This document shows, in pieces, positions 9,796 through 36,300 of a stretch of DNA of 64,000 nucleotides. A program made the translations under genes and the position numbers. The notes under the pieces are model-generated. The model was not told the origin of the DNA and ran no database searches. It saw only the letters and a list, made by a program, of their open reading frames with translations. Location of the stretch: positions 869,996 through 933,995 of the forward strand of contig JAQGDQ010000043.1 of assembly GCA_030141605.1 (NCBI GenBank), in the 5' to 3' direction. This DNA comes from Tubiluchus corallicola (Eukaryota > Animalia > Priapulida). Numbering within the stretch: the stretch's first letter is position 1; each line of letters begins with the position of its first letter.

Positions 9796-12700
9796 CAGGT
9801 GACACTTTCTTTACTGTGTTGTAGTTATGAAATTTCTCTAAGCCGGGCAGACTTGTCAAGGTCATCGATTAATTATTAATCTCAATTTTAATCTAGCAAA
9901 GAACACGGCAAAGTAAACTTGAGATTAAAATGACATTAATATTATTAATTCGGATGTAGGTTAATACATTACCTTTTTTAAAATTTACTTTCATACAATC
10001 ACAAGTTAATTTTTTAATTGCACTAATATTGCGCTCAGTAGTAATTACATTACACCTATACACTTTAGAAGTAGGCCTAATTAATGACGACCAGACAGTT
10101 CTTAAAGTGTATTTATTTAGCAAAGGAGTTTCATGGTGAGCAGAACAAGAAACAGCTAGGAGGTCTGGGAGACTGCTGTAAGCTGCACTGTTGGGGACCC
10201 GGGCTTATATTTTCATTGATTTTAGGCTTTTGAGACCTTTAATGGTCGAAAAAAGGTCAGTTTAGTAAGCAATTTTTCAACCGTTTTTCGCCATTAAGGG
10301 TACTAAATTTAGGAGTTAATTCAAAAACAGCAATTACCTTTCAATCAGTGAATTAAGTCGTTTTCATCCACTAGATTTTATACATTACACAGTATAAGTC
10401 TTGGCCAATTCAAACCATTTATCCGCGAGGAATCAGTGAGCAAAAAATACAGCAAGGTGCACTAACTCCAATTTACATGTTGACTTACTTCTGCCACAGA
10501 CAATCACGTGTCTCACGCCAACAGATTACAGCTAAATTTTCTTGACGTAACTTTTCAAGTCTGAAATAAGTTAGAAGGCGATAAAACGAGTTAACTAATT
10601 ATTCTTGTGCACAACTTCTCAAGAAGCTTCTTTCTTTTTCTTTTCTTTTGAAATTTTTCTTTTCTGAAAAATTGCAACAACAATGAGGTAGCCATTGTTA
10701 TTGTCTACAGTTCAATTTTGTTGACTGAAAGACGAAAATTGTGCTACTAACTTATGTTTCAGACAAGCTTATAGATAATTAAATGGCGAGAAAACTAAAC
10801 GTGTGACCCGGCGAGACATTGTTTTTTCTTTAGATGCAGGGTCTGTAACTTTAGGTTCCGGTCCTGCGACCCTGACAGACCCAGCACACTTTAAGCACTG
10901 CGTACTGAGTGCTGAAAAATAACTTTATAAGGGTGCCTTGTTAGTGCCAACATTCCATGCAGTATATAAATTTCTTTTATTAATTTGATACTATTATAGA
11001 CCTGAAATTACTTGTTAAAGATGACCATAAGCTAAACTACTAACAAATTCAAAAGACAATCAAATGCAGCTTAACAAGAATAGCTGCGTAACAAGAGCAA
11101 CAATATCTATAACTCAGCCAATTATAATTTTATATTGAACTTTCATGGTGAATAAAATAGGCATAAAATGTACAGTAAAAATAAATACTTTGTAAGATTT
11201 TTCATTTAATCACTCACTCATTGTGCTTATATAATTATACTATCATAGCTTGTATTGTTTTCTGACAAAATGTGTGTTACAGCCCACAGATGGCGGCCAG
11301 GTAGTGTAGTGTAAAATGCGTTCTGAATTCTTTAGATTGTGTGTATTGTTTTATTGTTTATTAATCTGTCAAAAAATATCCATCCGTTGGACAATAAACA
11401 TGTTGAGAAAATCCAATAATTGTGAAGTTGAAATGTTTAACTTGCCTACAATTTTTGTTATGCTATGTCAAATATTTGATTTTAAAGCAAAATAACCTGT
11501 TTCTTTCTACCAAATTAAAATTTTCAAAGTTTTATATACTTGGAAATATTTCACTTAGTGCTGTTTAAACTAGAGCAAGCGAATGCCTCCAGTAGTGCCC
11601 AACCATAATTTCTTCTGCACACAAAGCTAAGCAGCATTTGATGGATAGAAGAACAATGGGAGACAGCAGTAAACTACATAGTGTTTTGCCTTTGTGCCAA
11701 GAATATTGATGCACTATAGCTATTTTTAGTGTCTGTTATCTTTGAAGATAAGCATTATGAGCTGATAATGGTTATTGTAGGAAAAAGATCAGTTACAGCT
11801 GATCAGAATGAATGAAAAAAACTAGAATTACATTTGCCTTTGATCGACGCTATATATTTGATCTATATAAATTATGTTCATTTTTGTAGCAGAAAAGATC
11901 TTTGGTTGAATTCTCCATTAGACCGCATGAAGAACATACTGCCTTTTATGTAGATGCCCTATAGTGATGGCCGAGGAGTTATAAAGTCAATCATGTGACT
12001 CATTTCATCTCCAATCTGATTCTGAATTATCAATGATGTCTTGCCTCTTCTAAATTACTTAGAGATAGGGTCTTGGAAAATGGTGTTTGCTTTCGCTAGA
12101 GTGAATGATGATAAGCGCCGTAATCCATTTTGGCACTGTTTCAAAAGCGGAGGTACATGTCACTATTTTGTTTGCAATTAGGTTGTCGATTCAGAGTTTG
12201 CAAGTTTGTTTTACAAAAAATAATTCTAATAGTGATTTTTTGTTGGAAATGAAAGTGGGGAAATTTCGTCATGTTTGTCTCACATGCATTGTAAAAAATA
12301 TTTCGTGGCTACCTGTGTTTTCATGATTTTGTAGCTACTGCAATGACACGTTTGTGTTTGTGATTGGTGCGACACTTTGCTAACTGTGAAAACTGTTACT
12401 AAACTCTTATCTTAAGACTACTAATTCCACTGTAGGTTTTTGTAGTGTCACTATTACTGGAACATCAGAACCTGCACTTCCACTAGCTTTTTTCTTGATA
12501 ATTTGTGACTACTTTGAATGCAGTACAGTAAAGTGTACAACAAGTATACCAACTATTGAAAGTAAAAGGTAAATAACTACATTTAATATTACCTCAGTAG
12601 TTATACAATCAGTGTAATGGTATTAGCTTATAACAGCCTAGCGCCGTCTATTGTGAAGCATGTCAGCTATGCATCTTCTACTGTCCACTATTGTTTAATA

Positions 12701-12988
12701 TTGATTGTATCTTAATCTAGTAATTATTGTATAATGTCAATAAAACAAGTAAATGTCATAATTAAATAGTCCTTTAAGAATAAAATGCATAATAATTTTT
12801 GGTTAAACAGTTCAATACTAAGTTACTAACAGTTATGATTCTCTAGTTTTTTACTTCAGCACAGTGTACTCACTTAATAACTTACTGAAGAATGTGGATC
12901 CTTGCGAGTGGATAGTTCATTAGACGATTGAAATATTATTGTATGTACAGTTTTTTAGGGCACTACCTTATAAATAATTGGCTGTACA

Positions 12989-15506
12989 ATGGCAAGTGCA
13001 GCAGAGCCAGGTGAGAAAAAAGACAAGGAAGAAGAAAAGACAAATGATGGAGCATTTGAATGCAACATTTGTTTAGATACTGCTAGAGATGCAGTCGTCA
13101 GCATGTGCGGTCATCTTTTCTGGTAAGTTTAGCACTATATTTCGTTCTGTTATTTGCATTACTATTACATCGCCCACTAACAACTGCATCTATTGGTTCT
13201 TCTGAGGCCTTAAGTGTTTGATTCAAACAGGCCTTGCCAGAGTTGGAAATCCTTCCTTTATTTAAAACCATAGGTGTTGATAGAGATAATCCTACTGCTC
13301 ATAATTTATTTGTGTGTGCAGTAGTACTTATTAATACTTATCTGTAGACAAAGGGTAAAAATAATTGAAAATACATAATGAAGTCAAACATACGATCGCA
13401 TTTGGACTATGAGATTGCAGTCAAATTGTGCTAAATATGTTAAATTACACATTACTAATAACACCCAGATATTTCATTTGTTTGCTTTATGATGTAAATG
13501 TATAATCAGTTATCATTAAGTGAGACAAGCATTTACACTTAGATAATTATTCTTTTGTATCAGTTTCATCAGAGCATAACTTTAAGTCATAGATTTTTGT
13601 TTATATTTTTTTTTATTTGAACATATTTATTCACATTTTCATTTCTTATATTTAGCTCCATGTTCTTTAGGATTTAATTCCATAAAATCTTAATTTAATC
13701 ATGGCTTCACTTTTGGTTTCATTGCTTTTTCTAATTAAAGTTTTTTTACTTCTTTCAAATGTTATTATCATTGTTTTTTCTTATCAATCCTTTGTACAGG
13801 CATCTTATTTGCAACACATTTCTTGCCATTTTGTTAATTGCCATCAGAATAATTGAGTATTAGTTTTTTGTTTTTAATTATTTTTGTTATTGGCTTCGTA
13901 CCAGCTTCTTTTAGCATACCTAATAAATTATTCAATTTCTTCTGCTACCAAATTTTCTTTTTTTCATAATATGTTGTTAAATGTTGTCTCTTATAAATAT
14001 TGTTATTGCATTTTTGCACACTAGCTTAGTACAACTTAAGCAATATATTTTTTTTGTATAATACAAAACAGAGTAGGATGGCACATTTATTAATGTTTCA
14101 GCTGGCCATGTTTGCATCAGTGGTTAGAGACTCGTCCCAACAGACAGATGTGTCCTGTTTGCAAAGCTGGTATAAGCAAAGAAAAGGTTGTACCTTTATA
14201 TGGCCGAGGGAATACAAAACAAGAAGATCCTCGTGAAAAAGTTCCTCCTCGACCACAAGGGCAACGACCCGAGCCAGAAAATACTGGGGTAAGTAGATAG
14301 TATTTTAACAAGTTCAATTCAGATTATTGGTCGAGGGACTTACTGTACTCATGAAGTCGAAAAACTTGGAAAAACTGGCAGAGCCTTCTAAAGGCTTATT
14401 TCCAAAATGAGATTATTGCTGCTGCCTTCCAGTTATGGGACAAACCTTTAATTTCTTCTAATTGAGCTGCTGCTGACCTATTAATAACAACACACTTTAA
14501 ATAACAAGATATTGTTGTTTCTGCCATGTGAAAGGTCGTGAAATCACAAACAGAAGCATAAGTTAGTAATTTTGTATAATTTGTTGTTCTGGTAATAGAG
14601 GTCAATACAAAATGTTTCTGTTTTTAGTCCTGACACTAAATGGACTTCAGTTATCCAACAATCAGTCATGGAAAAAGTAACTATTTGCCTTCATTTATGA
14701 TGTTGGGATCTTTTATAAAAGATTAGGATTTTTCTGTGTTTATTCTGCTTATGATTTTTGTTTAAATTTGCTCTGTATATTTTAATAGTTTTGTGCCGTC
14801 TCAATTAGTATGATTGTGAAATCACGTGTAGTTCCGTTTGACACTGTAAAATTTGGAGTTTTACTTTATTGTTTCATCGTCAATGAACTTTTCATAAGAT
14901 ATATTCACAAAATCCAAATGCAGTACTACCACTTCATCGTTACTGTAGGCAGAAATATGCTATGTCTGAGAACATTCATTAGTAATACCATTAGTAATAA
15001 AAAATTTTTAGGCAGTTTTACGTGTTTGTTTTTCCTCAGCCATTTCACGGTTTCAATTGGGGTGGAGATGGAGGATTTCAAATGTCTTTTGGGATTGGTG
15101 CATTCCCTTTTGGGCTTTTTGCTTCAACTTTCAACTTTGGTAATCCTCATCAGAGAGTACCTCCACGTAAGTGTAACACAACATAACATTGCAGATATGT
15201 TGTTTCTCTTATTGCTTAGGCTGTTGTAAGAAATTACATTTCGAACTCATAGTTATGAAAACTCTGTGCAGTTTAGCTCTCAGTCAGTTATCCAGTTTCT
15301 GAGGTCTCATTTAAGGCTATTTCTGTGTTAATAGTTTGTTTGATTGGTATACATTATTTAGCATCTTTTTGTCATTACTTTACAGATTATTTATTGATTT
15401 AATTTCAGCACAGCCAGGGACTCCCCAATATGAAGAGGAACATTTCCTTTCCAAATTATTCCTCTGGGTAGCAATATTGTTCATTTTTTGGTTATTGATA
15501 GCATGA
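12989..15506 (+). CDS. RNF5: ER-membrane RING E3 ubiquitin ligase RNF5/RNF185 family, 181 aa
   Basis: Exons 12989-13122, 14102-14288, 15040-15166, 15409-15506. C3HC4 [48 protein letters not shown]; VPLYGRG and [11 protein letters not shown] motifs; [13 protein letters not shown]; C-terminal [22 protein letters not shown]. Likely co-ortholog of vertebrate RNF5 and RNF185. Confidence 0.95.
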
Positions 15507-15983
15507 TATATAATCTTTTCTGCATTGTACACTATATTTAAGCTCAAGAGAAGAGTCTAATACACAAAAATTTTTGTACTGACGGATTGGTGGAAATTGT
15601 GCACTACCTCTTACATATCATGGGATTACAATTTGCACGTTATATCAAGAGAAAAGCATGTTTATTGTGAAAAGCCTGCAATGCTGTTCTTTTTGTGCAC
15701 CAGAGATTAAGAATATGTTACCTAAAAGACAGCATAATTGATCATCTTCATAAGGCAGGCTTCACAGTGACACTAGCCATTTATGGACTAAAACCTTTCA
15801 TTTGAAATGCTTGCTCTGATAACTGGTAATGGCCGTACCTTACTAAATTCTGCTGTTGTTCTACTGAGTGAGCAAAATGTGTGTTGAAGAGTTGAGGAAT
15901 TTCTCGTAGTTGAATTAATGATCTTCTAGTTTTAAAAACTCATATCTCTTCATACATTAATCTGGTGAAACCTTACATGAGTA

Positions 15984-16501
15984 CGGTAAACTATGTCTAA
16001 CTCAAATACCTCGGGACCGGAAAATTTGTTCGAGTTATGCAAAAGGACGAGTTAGATGATGTTCGTAACAAAACAAGAGTCACTCATCAATGCCGTACAG
16101 TATGCTAGTAACACCACAGCCAGTGAAAATGACAAACTGAGCATTAATCGAATATCAAACAACAGTTTTATGAATAATCAAAAATAAAATGACTGGTCCA
16201 CCTCTATTGTAGTCTGAGTAGCATGGTTAATAGAACTCGCCTGTAATAATATTGTGATCTACATTAAGTCACGTTCATAAAGCCTTGTGTGCAATGTTCT
16301 GCTAAGGTAATACAAGAAACCTTAGCATTTTTGCTAGGAGGCTGTTCGAGATAAGTCAGATTCTTAAGAATTATACTTGGAATTTTGGTTTGAGTTACGC
16401 GATAATTTGAGCTATGCAATGTTTGTTAAAGTGAAAGGGAAAATCTGTTCTGCGAGATCTGTTTGAGATATGCAAGATTTCGAGTTGTACGTAGTTTATT
16501 G
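15984..16501. mobile_element. Tc1/mariner-pogo-type MITE
   Basis: TIRs CGGTAAACTATGTCTAACTCAAA vs reverse-complemented right end CAATAAACTACGTACAACTCGAA; TA immediately to the left; repeated internal TTCGAGTTA-like motifs. Confidence 0.6.
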
Positions 16502-17874
16502 GATAATATTTGCCATCATTTCTTATGCATAAATGCTACAATTTAGCTTACACATGATTGTATAGTTAACTAGCTACACTGTGTGCTTGGTGAAATTACT
16601 TAATTTAAAAATTTGTTAACCATTTCTTACTGAATCCTCTATAGAAATGGATCAGCGATTGAATTAACGATGAACCTATGTTGTCTGTAAAAAGTTTTGT
16701 AACATCGTATAACATGTGACTTGCTGTTTAACTCTCACAACATCAGTAAGTTCTGTGAAAAATTAGATTATAATATCCTTCCATTTTTACTTTGATAAAA
16801 TTGTATCTGAAACAAAGGAGGGAATTGTGCATCTGAGTGATCTGACGATTCAAATCCAAACTTTGAAGGTATCAATCTAAATGTTGTTTAATTTTTTGTT
16901 ATGTATATACTGAATACATTTTATTCTGATTTTATGTGTTTTAATGCTTTGTTTGTACATTGTTTGTTAAGAAAAGTAATTATTGAGTAAACATGCTCAT
17001 ATTGCATGACTTATTTAAAATTGCAAATACAGTACCTCAACTAATAACACCTATTTTGGTTTGTTGTAATCTTTCCTTTGTAACACGTATTTCTCAAGAT
17101 ATCGTAACAATGCAGGATATCAAATACATTTGTCTCAAAGCAGTAAAATTAAAATAGACACATTATAGCTAATTTATATTTTTAAAATTTTAATATGTTG
17201 CTATTGCAATTAATTTTTCTATAATACTATTTTTGGATAATATGAGTAACTGTAAAACCAGTCAATGTAGTACAGTTAGTTGGACGCTCTTTGAAATCAC
17301 ACTTTCAGATCTGTATAATTTATGTTAGACAATCGTCATCAAATTAATTGCTCATATTCCAATGAACATATTTTCATCGATTTTGTAATTATACTTATTA
17401 GTTGTAAACATTACTCGTTTATTAACATTTCAAAAGCAAAACATTTTGATTGCAGTTAAAGCTGAAGTTCAAGTTGCAGTGAAACAGTAAAAAATTTAAA
17501 TGAATATTTGTACTTTGGTTCTACAGCTTTGACAAAGAGACGTGACATCCCAAAACAGTGGATTCAAAGAAATGGTTTTCAAGTGAATTGCTGTGATGCG
17601 CTCATAACTTTATAACATAGCAAGCATAATATATAAAATGTCAGTGATGGTGCCAGCTGTGTGAATTGGTTCAATTTGGCTGGGTAATTTCAGAATTCAT
17701 GTGCAGTAGAACAAAATTATGTTACAAGACAAATGTTTGTAAACATGCATTTGAATCGATATAATGATTTTAAAGCATTTTTGATCCTACTCTGAGACAT
17801 GCCATCTCCAGATTATGTTTAATGTTGGTAGATGAGCATGTAATATACGCCAACTTGTCATTACATAATTTCAT

Positions 17875-18110
17875 TGGGTGATGGTGAGTAATGTACCTGC
17901 TCTACGTGAGTGGTGTGTGGCTGCCGTGGGTTTGGTATTTGCTCTAGAAAGTATCATTCATACACCTTGGTTGGTTATCTCATAGAGGGAGGGTTTATAC
18001 ACATCTGGACATGTCTGAGATGCTCCTGCTAGTGATAATAAGCCAATCTCCCATTCTGGCTACAAACACCTCATTGAGTAGAGCCTGCCAATCAGTCCCG
18101 GTTACCACTG
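17875..18110 (+). mobile_element. Possible degenerate tRNA-derived SINE
   Basis: GC-richer island in AT-rich intergenic DNA with degenerate A-box-like (TGGTGAGT) and B-box-like (GGGTTTGGTATT) motifs; boundaries approximate. Confidence 0.25.
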
Positions 18111-18920
18111 ATTTCTGTTTGCTGGCTTTGAGGACTGATGACATTTTGCTCTATGTTCAAATGGGTTAAAATGTTATGAGTATGTGCAGTTGCCACTCAG
18201 TTCATTACTAATCAGGCACATGTAGTTGTTGATTACCTGCACCGCTAATTACAGCGCATTAAAATGTGTTTGCACTGTATGCATATCTGTTTACCATTAA
18301 CAACTTACCTCATCAAATATTGTGTTATAAAAATCAAAACTTCTGAAATATTTTAGATTTTTCTCTCTCTTATGTGCACTTAACACTTTAAATGCTATAC
18401 ACAGCCATACCAGGAAGGTACATAAAACAATACAACACTAACTACATCGGCATACAAAAATATCTTGATTTATTTATGTTTAAATCATAATCTTATACCA
18501 TTGTGCATTTTATATACATTTTCATTAAATCATTTTAAGTGAAACAATCATTAATGTGTGACAAAAATATAAAATGAGAGAAAATGTGTTGGAGTCTGCA
18601 TTGCAAAAAAAACTACACAATATGTGAACACATAATTAGTTATTTTCGTGTACTGTAGACTCACTATAAAACTGGTTGCTGTTTGTATACTCTGTCACTC
18701 TGAAGAATGAAGACACAGTTAGTCTTTGCAGTTGAAACATTTGATTTGTTTTTAGTATTTTATATTTTAAAGTTTTTAACAAAAATTGTTTCTTTTAATA
18801 ATTACACTGGTTTGCTATTTTTAACATCAACATTGTAAAACATTTAAAACTGCAAGCTTAACTTTATTTGCAGATTACTATCATACGTCCACTAGATTCT
18901 GTATAAGTTATTTAATTTTG

Positions 18921-30432
<11,512 letters not shown>

Positions 30433-32030
30433 TAGACTAGAAACTGCATAAATAACGAGAATTCATTCAAATTTTATTTAACCACTCTAAAACAGTACGA
30501 CATCACGGTTATTACTGATGATATGTAATAATATAAATATCTATTGAGTCTACTGACACAACTGCAATAGTTTGCCTGCAACTGCGCTTGCGACATCTAC
30601 CGTAGCAAACTGCTAAAGTCACTACTAATTGAGCCTTTTGTCACGCCGGCTTCATTGCTCTGAGTCTGTATTACATCACCAGCGCTTTCAACAACGTGCA
30701 GTACTAAAGCAATGTGTCAGTTCATTGGCTATCCCAAATTCACAATGCTAACATGATACAATATTCTTTGAATTATTTTTTATCATAATTCAGTTTAGAT
30801 AATGGCAAAACATAATTCAAAGAAGAATTTTTGAATAAGTATGGTATTTTCAGTTAACTTTACAGTCCTTTGAACATGCGAGGAATCCAGAGGTCCAGAC
30901 TAGTGCAGCATAGTAAAAACTATTAATGAAATTCGGCCTTTCAAAGATTTGGTGGAACCTTTGGTCATTTAGACACATTCATGCACGCACATACACACCC
31001 TCACACACACACAAAACAAAACAACACACAATTGCTAATCACTGCTGCTTGTTAACAATGCTGGCATAGAAATGTGGCAAACTGATTTCACTTGTATTCC
31101 ACTTACTAGACAACAAAAATATTGTACTGGCAGTAACATTGTGTTGCGTTGTATTGTATTATACTGCATTGGATTGCACTGCACTGTAGATTACATTACA
31201 TTATACTATGTTGTATTGTGTTGCATGTAATGTATTGTATTGTTTTTTTATTGTAAACGACTGTTATACTAGCTGCTAAATTATCATGATTAAGGTTAAG
31301 CGAGTACACCCATAGAAACTCCATATTTTCCACAAAGTAGTTGTTAATTAAATATTTAAACTTTATTAGGGTTGGTGCAGCAATCACCATGACAGGCAAA
31401 TTATTCCATTCGTTGGATCACCATTCTCACAGTAAATGCTTATTTATGAATGTCAAGACGTAACTGTAAAAAGTTTTAAACATTATTCTTAGTTTCATAA
31501 TCAACAATTAAATGTAGAGCGTGTGTAAGAACAACAGCGTGACAGGATATAGTTTTCTTTTTAGCTTACTTCGTTATGATGTTACGATTCCATTAAATGT
31601 AATGTGGATATGCAGGATTGTATTGTATTGTATGCACAGTCGATGCAAGATATGAGCTCGAGACCTGCGCAAGTGGACTACAGTGGAAAAAACTGTTTAT
31701 AATCATTGTGGTATCCGTGGTATCACAAGTGTACAGTGTTACACACAGGTGTTGTTATTGACGTAATTATTAATTACTCAGCAATTAGATTAGTTTTATA
31801 ATAATGGCACAGTATAATTATGGCATAAGCTTTCAAACTTAATAAGTAGCACAATCGTAAGTCATTAATTTCACGTAACACATTTCACAACAAAGATTGT
31901 TTGCTTGCACGTATACATCTCTAACCCACAGATGCAAAGCGTTTTTGCTATTTTGTTTCAGAGAGGGGGCAGCAGTACCGCACATCTACAGATTCAAGAA
32001 GCTCGTTATTTCCCAGCTTCCTGACTTTGT
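30433..32030. promoter_or_regulatory. Divergent promoter interval between ERCC3 and HPS5
   Basis: ERCC3 ATG at 30432 (-); probable HPS5 non-coding first exon ending at donor GTAAGT 32029 (+); CTCF-like motifs CAGAGAGGGGGCAGCA (31959-31974) and minus-strand CGGTAGATGTCGC (~30590-30602). Confidence 0.45.
31140..31500 (-). mobile_element. CR1/L2 LINE 3' fragment with (ATACA)n-like tail
   Basis: Minus-strand peptides RLDIHK*AFTVR and NEWNNLPVMVIAAPTLIKFKYLI, typical of the LINE ORF2 C-terminus, followed by degenerate ATACA repeats at 31140-31240. Confidence 0.7.
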
Positions 32031-33382
32031 AAGTGTTCTCTGATTAAGTCTTTAAGAGTTTTTTTTAGTTTGCGCACCACCAGATAATGGTCATTTTTCA
32101 CCCGTCTCAGGTTGGTTTGATATTCGACGTTCGATATTCAATATTGAAAGTAAAAGCAGTTTAATGTGGTTTGATATTCGAGATGCGACATGGCCTCAAA
32201 TATTCCCCTTAGGCCTTACTAAAGCAAAGGAAATGTTGCAACACCTCAATTCAGGTTCATTTGCGCTATACAATTCAAACACAGGGATTTAATAATAAAT
32301 AGAAACTAAGATCAAAATTACAGAGGGCAATTAAAATGATTAGTTTAGAAGAATGCAGTTGCAGTATACAGCCAATAAAATTGCTTAATACTAATACTAG
32401 CCTCAGTAAAGATTCATGTTGTTTTCAGTTGTCTGCCTGCATATTTACAATTTCACGTACCACCTGTACAAGTGCTAACCAAAGAAAAGTTTGTAGCACC
32501 ATAACAATGATACATATTGTTTACTAACTCAATAGTTATCTAATCTTATGGGTGCCTGCCCATTACAAACTTTCTCTTTCCCGTTTGCTTGCACTTTCCC
32601 CTAGTTTTACATATCAACTGCAAGTGCAATTTGTGCTAACTCTATACTTGTTTATGAACTTATTTACTTATTTTAAACTACTTTTTCAATGTAGCAGCAT
32701 ACCCAACAGGTAACAGAACACTCATGAATGTATATGAAAATCCATACGGTTATACTGCCTGCCACATTGTCTAGAGAAGTTAAACACAAAACCATCTTTT
32801 CTTATGGCCATGCATGCATAATGAGCAGAGTTGCCAATAACTGCACTTTTGCTTCAGTTTCGTTTTCGTCGAAATTTATTGAAATTTCACACACGAAACT
32901 TAAGATAATTTTCGGTAGATTTTCCAAGATTTTAGCAGTATTTACCGAGTTTACTTAAATTTGAAGCAATAAATTCCTATATTTTAGTTCTAATTGCTGT
33001 TCTAGAATAGAGCCATAAATTGAATTCCAGGGTTCTAGTTCTAATTAGTTGTTATGTAATACAAATTTTTGTTGGCTAGCTAAATAAATAAAAGCAAATG
33101 ACCAAATAATGGATATGCCAGATTTTTTCAGTTTTAATAGTAGTTAGTTTTGCAAAAATGGTTTCGGTTCTGTGCTGGTTTCCTATGTTTCATAAATTTT
33201 TGGTTGGGTTTCAGTTTGTAATTTCAGTTTAAGTAACATAACATCCCTGACAATAAGTCCTTTAGATTCATTCTCATAGTACTTTGCTTTCATGAATGAA
33301 TGGAATTATTGTACAGCACCTCTCATGTGCATCTCAGTACATCTTACTTGAAGTCAACTGTTTATTTTTGGACAGGGAAAAT

Positions 33383-36300
33383 ATGGATGATGCAACAACA
33401 GGAAATTCTTTACCTGTTGTAGTGGCTGAATTTCAGTCACTTGAGTTACTGCAGGAACCTATAAAAACTACATCAAGAATCAAGGTAAAACTAGACTAGC
33501 ATTAAAGTTAACCATTTACATGTGGCATTCTGGTAGTGGTGGTGGTGGCAAAAGCGGCAGCATTGGTTATTGCTGTTGTTGTCGTCGTCGTTTTTCATCC
33601 CATTTTTTTGCATATAAGTCATGTAGATCAACCAAAATTTTTAGGTTAAAATTTTACTTTGACATTTTTGTTCTTATGTCAGTTTTGAATAAATTTTGTA
33701 TCTAGCTAGAGTTTAGCTCTTGTCTTAGGTAGTAAGTTTAAAAAAGAATTGATGGCTCACTTGGATAATGCCATTTTTGACAATGGTTATGTGGATGTGT
33801 AGTTACTTGTAAGTAAGCCTTGCTGATTCATATGTTATGGTAAATCATTCGCATTCATACCTTTTGCTGCCAGCTGCTGAAATGTTTTCATTATTTTAGT
33901 AGTAGAAGCACTAATTTCATGAATTCGTGTGCTATTATTCATGGTTTGAGTCATTCAGTTTAAAATATAGGAAATATTCCTTTCCATGTAATGTATATAT
34001 TTGTAATGTACCCCAATTAGGTGAATATAGAATAGCTCAAAGGCTATAAAGCACCATGCAAAATATACAAGACATCCTGTAGTGTAGCAATGAATCAGTG
34101 CATCTTTTTTATTGATTAATTGACATAGTTAGGAAGAAATTTGCTGGAGAGTATCTCAAATGATTGCTGTATTGTAAAGTTCTCATTGCTGTTTGTGTTT
34201 TTTTTTACAGTATACCTGTTTATCAGTTTCTGGTACTTATTTAGCTGTTGGTTCCACCAGTGGCGGCATCTATATTTTCCACCGAGAATCAACAAAATAT
34301 CTTACTCTTATCCCAAGTCAGGTAACTAGTTACTGTATTTGTCAGTTAATCTGGTCGGTATTTTTTGTAACACTAGTTTGTAAGAGCTGCAGTGAAGCAC
34401 TTGTGGAAGAAGCCATTTCCATAAAGCAGGAAAGGAAAATCTGAATAGGATATATGCTTATAATCAGGTTATAATGCAGCATTTTTCTAATCACCCCATT
34501 ACTACGTTGAATCAAATGTAAAATTGTTTGCATGGTGTTGCTTAAATAGCTATTTATACAGCATTTGAATAAAGAAATCTTGTAAAAACTGTGTTTGTTA
34601 CATAACACACTGAGGTAACAATTGTAATTTATTTTTAACCATTTTTATTCACGTGAACATTTTTGTTCGGTGAATGCACTTTACTGTAAATGTCAACTTT
34701 TCTGGGAAGCTTATGTAGTTATGTGCTTCATTAAGAACTCACTAAAATTTAAATTGTTTTAAAATTTCTTTTCATTACTTATATGTCTGTTGTTACGTAT
34801 TTTCAGGATATTAATCATATTTTAGGTTTTATAGTGATAATAATAAGCTGATAAGAGAATCTTGTTTTGTGTTTTTTGGCAGGTGGCCAAAATATAACTT
34901 TGCATAAAAAGTTTTTAGCATTTCTTCATCAGTTTGAGAGCCGAATCATTTACGGCTGCTTCACATTTATAGCCTTGGGCATTTGAAACTCTCGACATTA
35001 ATTGTTTGTGCATGACATTATGATTAAGAAGTATGCCTTGAATTATTTTAACATTAATTTTTAGGAAGGACCCATCGTGTTTGTGAAATTTTCTCCTCAG
35101 GAGCGTTACATTGCATTTGCTTCAAGGTGGGTGATGTTACACACATTTTACGTTGCTATTGTATGTTACATTCTATATTAAGCGGAAATTAAAAGCTTTT
35201 ACTATAGCTAAATAACTAAATAAGAATTTTGTATAAATTCGTCCAGTGGTGAGAAAAATTTTATTTAGCATTTTGGTTCTCTAATTGAAAGAAAGCACAA
35301 CACAAAAAGATTTGGACGACAGGTGTTGCAGTGATTTTTTTAGTAGGAAATTGCAGTCTCAGAATGAAAATGAGCAAAGCTTTTTTTCATATTAGTACCA
35401 AGAATCTGTTATAATAAAAATTTTGTTTTCGGGTTGCATGCCATTTACATTAGCTAAACTTTTCACTGTTCAAGTAATTAAATGTCTAATATGTGGAACA
35501 TTTTAATCTTTGCATTATGTGGCTTATTCTAGTGCACCAAATACTGAAATATTGGCATATTTCAATGCACATTGCATATCAAATTATACTCTGCAGATGT
35601 TTTATAGCTGCGTGAACTCATTTCCAATGGTTTGTTGCAGTCGTGGTATAGTAGGCATACACGAATTTACTGCAGAGAAGCGTAGTGCTTCTCATCGGCT
35701 TATTTCTTCCACATCTGATCTTCTTGATGTGACGATTACTGCCATTTCCTGGGATTCTGAAGAAAATTGTGTTTTTATCGGAACTGATCTAGGCAGAGTG
35801 AGCTTGCTTAATGTACCTACATCTTTGGTATGTTTATTCAGTTTCGTGTTTGTGTAATTTATTACGAAACTTTGTTCAAGTGGTGTCTTTTTCAGAATTA
35901 GCTTTTTAGAATGACTAATAACTTATAATTTCTTATAATTTAATTAGCCTTGTCTTATTATTAATATTATTATTAAGTATATTATTTAAATTAAAACCAG
36001 CTTTCGGGTCACGTGTGACTTAAAATTAGTAGTACCTGTAGCAATGCGACACACTGTAACTGGACATTACACTACAGGCAGTAAGGCATAACTTGTCTTC
36101 TTCAGTACAGAATAAAAATATCTTTTTCGAATGTAGAGCATATTATTGCATTGCATTTAATTTGTCACTGAACAAATACCTGTCACATTAGCATTAAAAT
36201 ATGTTTTAATTTTTTAAATATGTTTTAAATTTAAAACTGTTTATAATTATAGACACGAGATTTGCTGACTGCCTCACATGAAACTGTTTTGAAGTTAGAT

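Noticed and set aside
14810-15229. 139-aa ORF as an independent gene
   Set aside because: Off-frame overlap of RNF5 exon 3 plus intron sequence; no recognisable domain.
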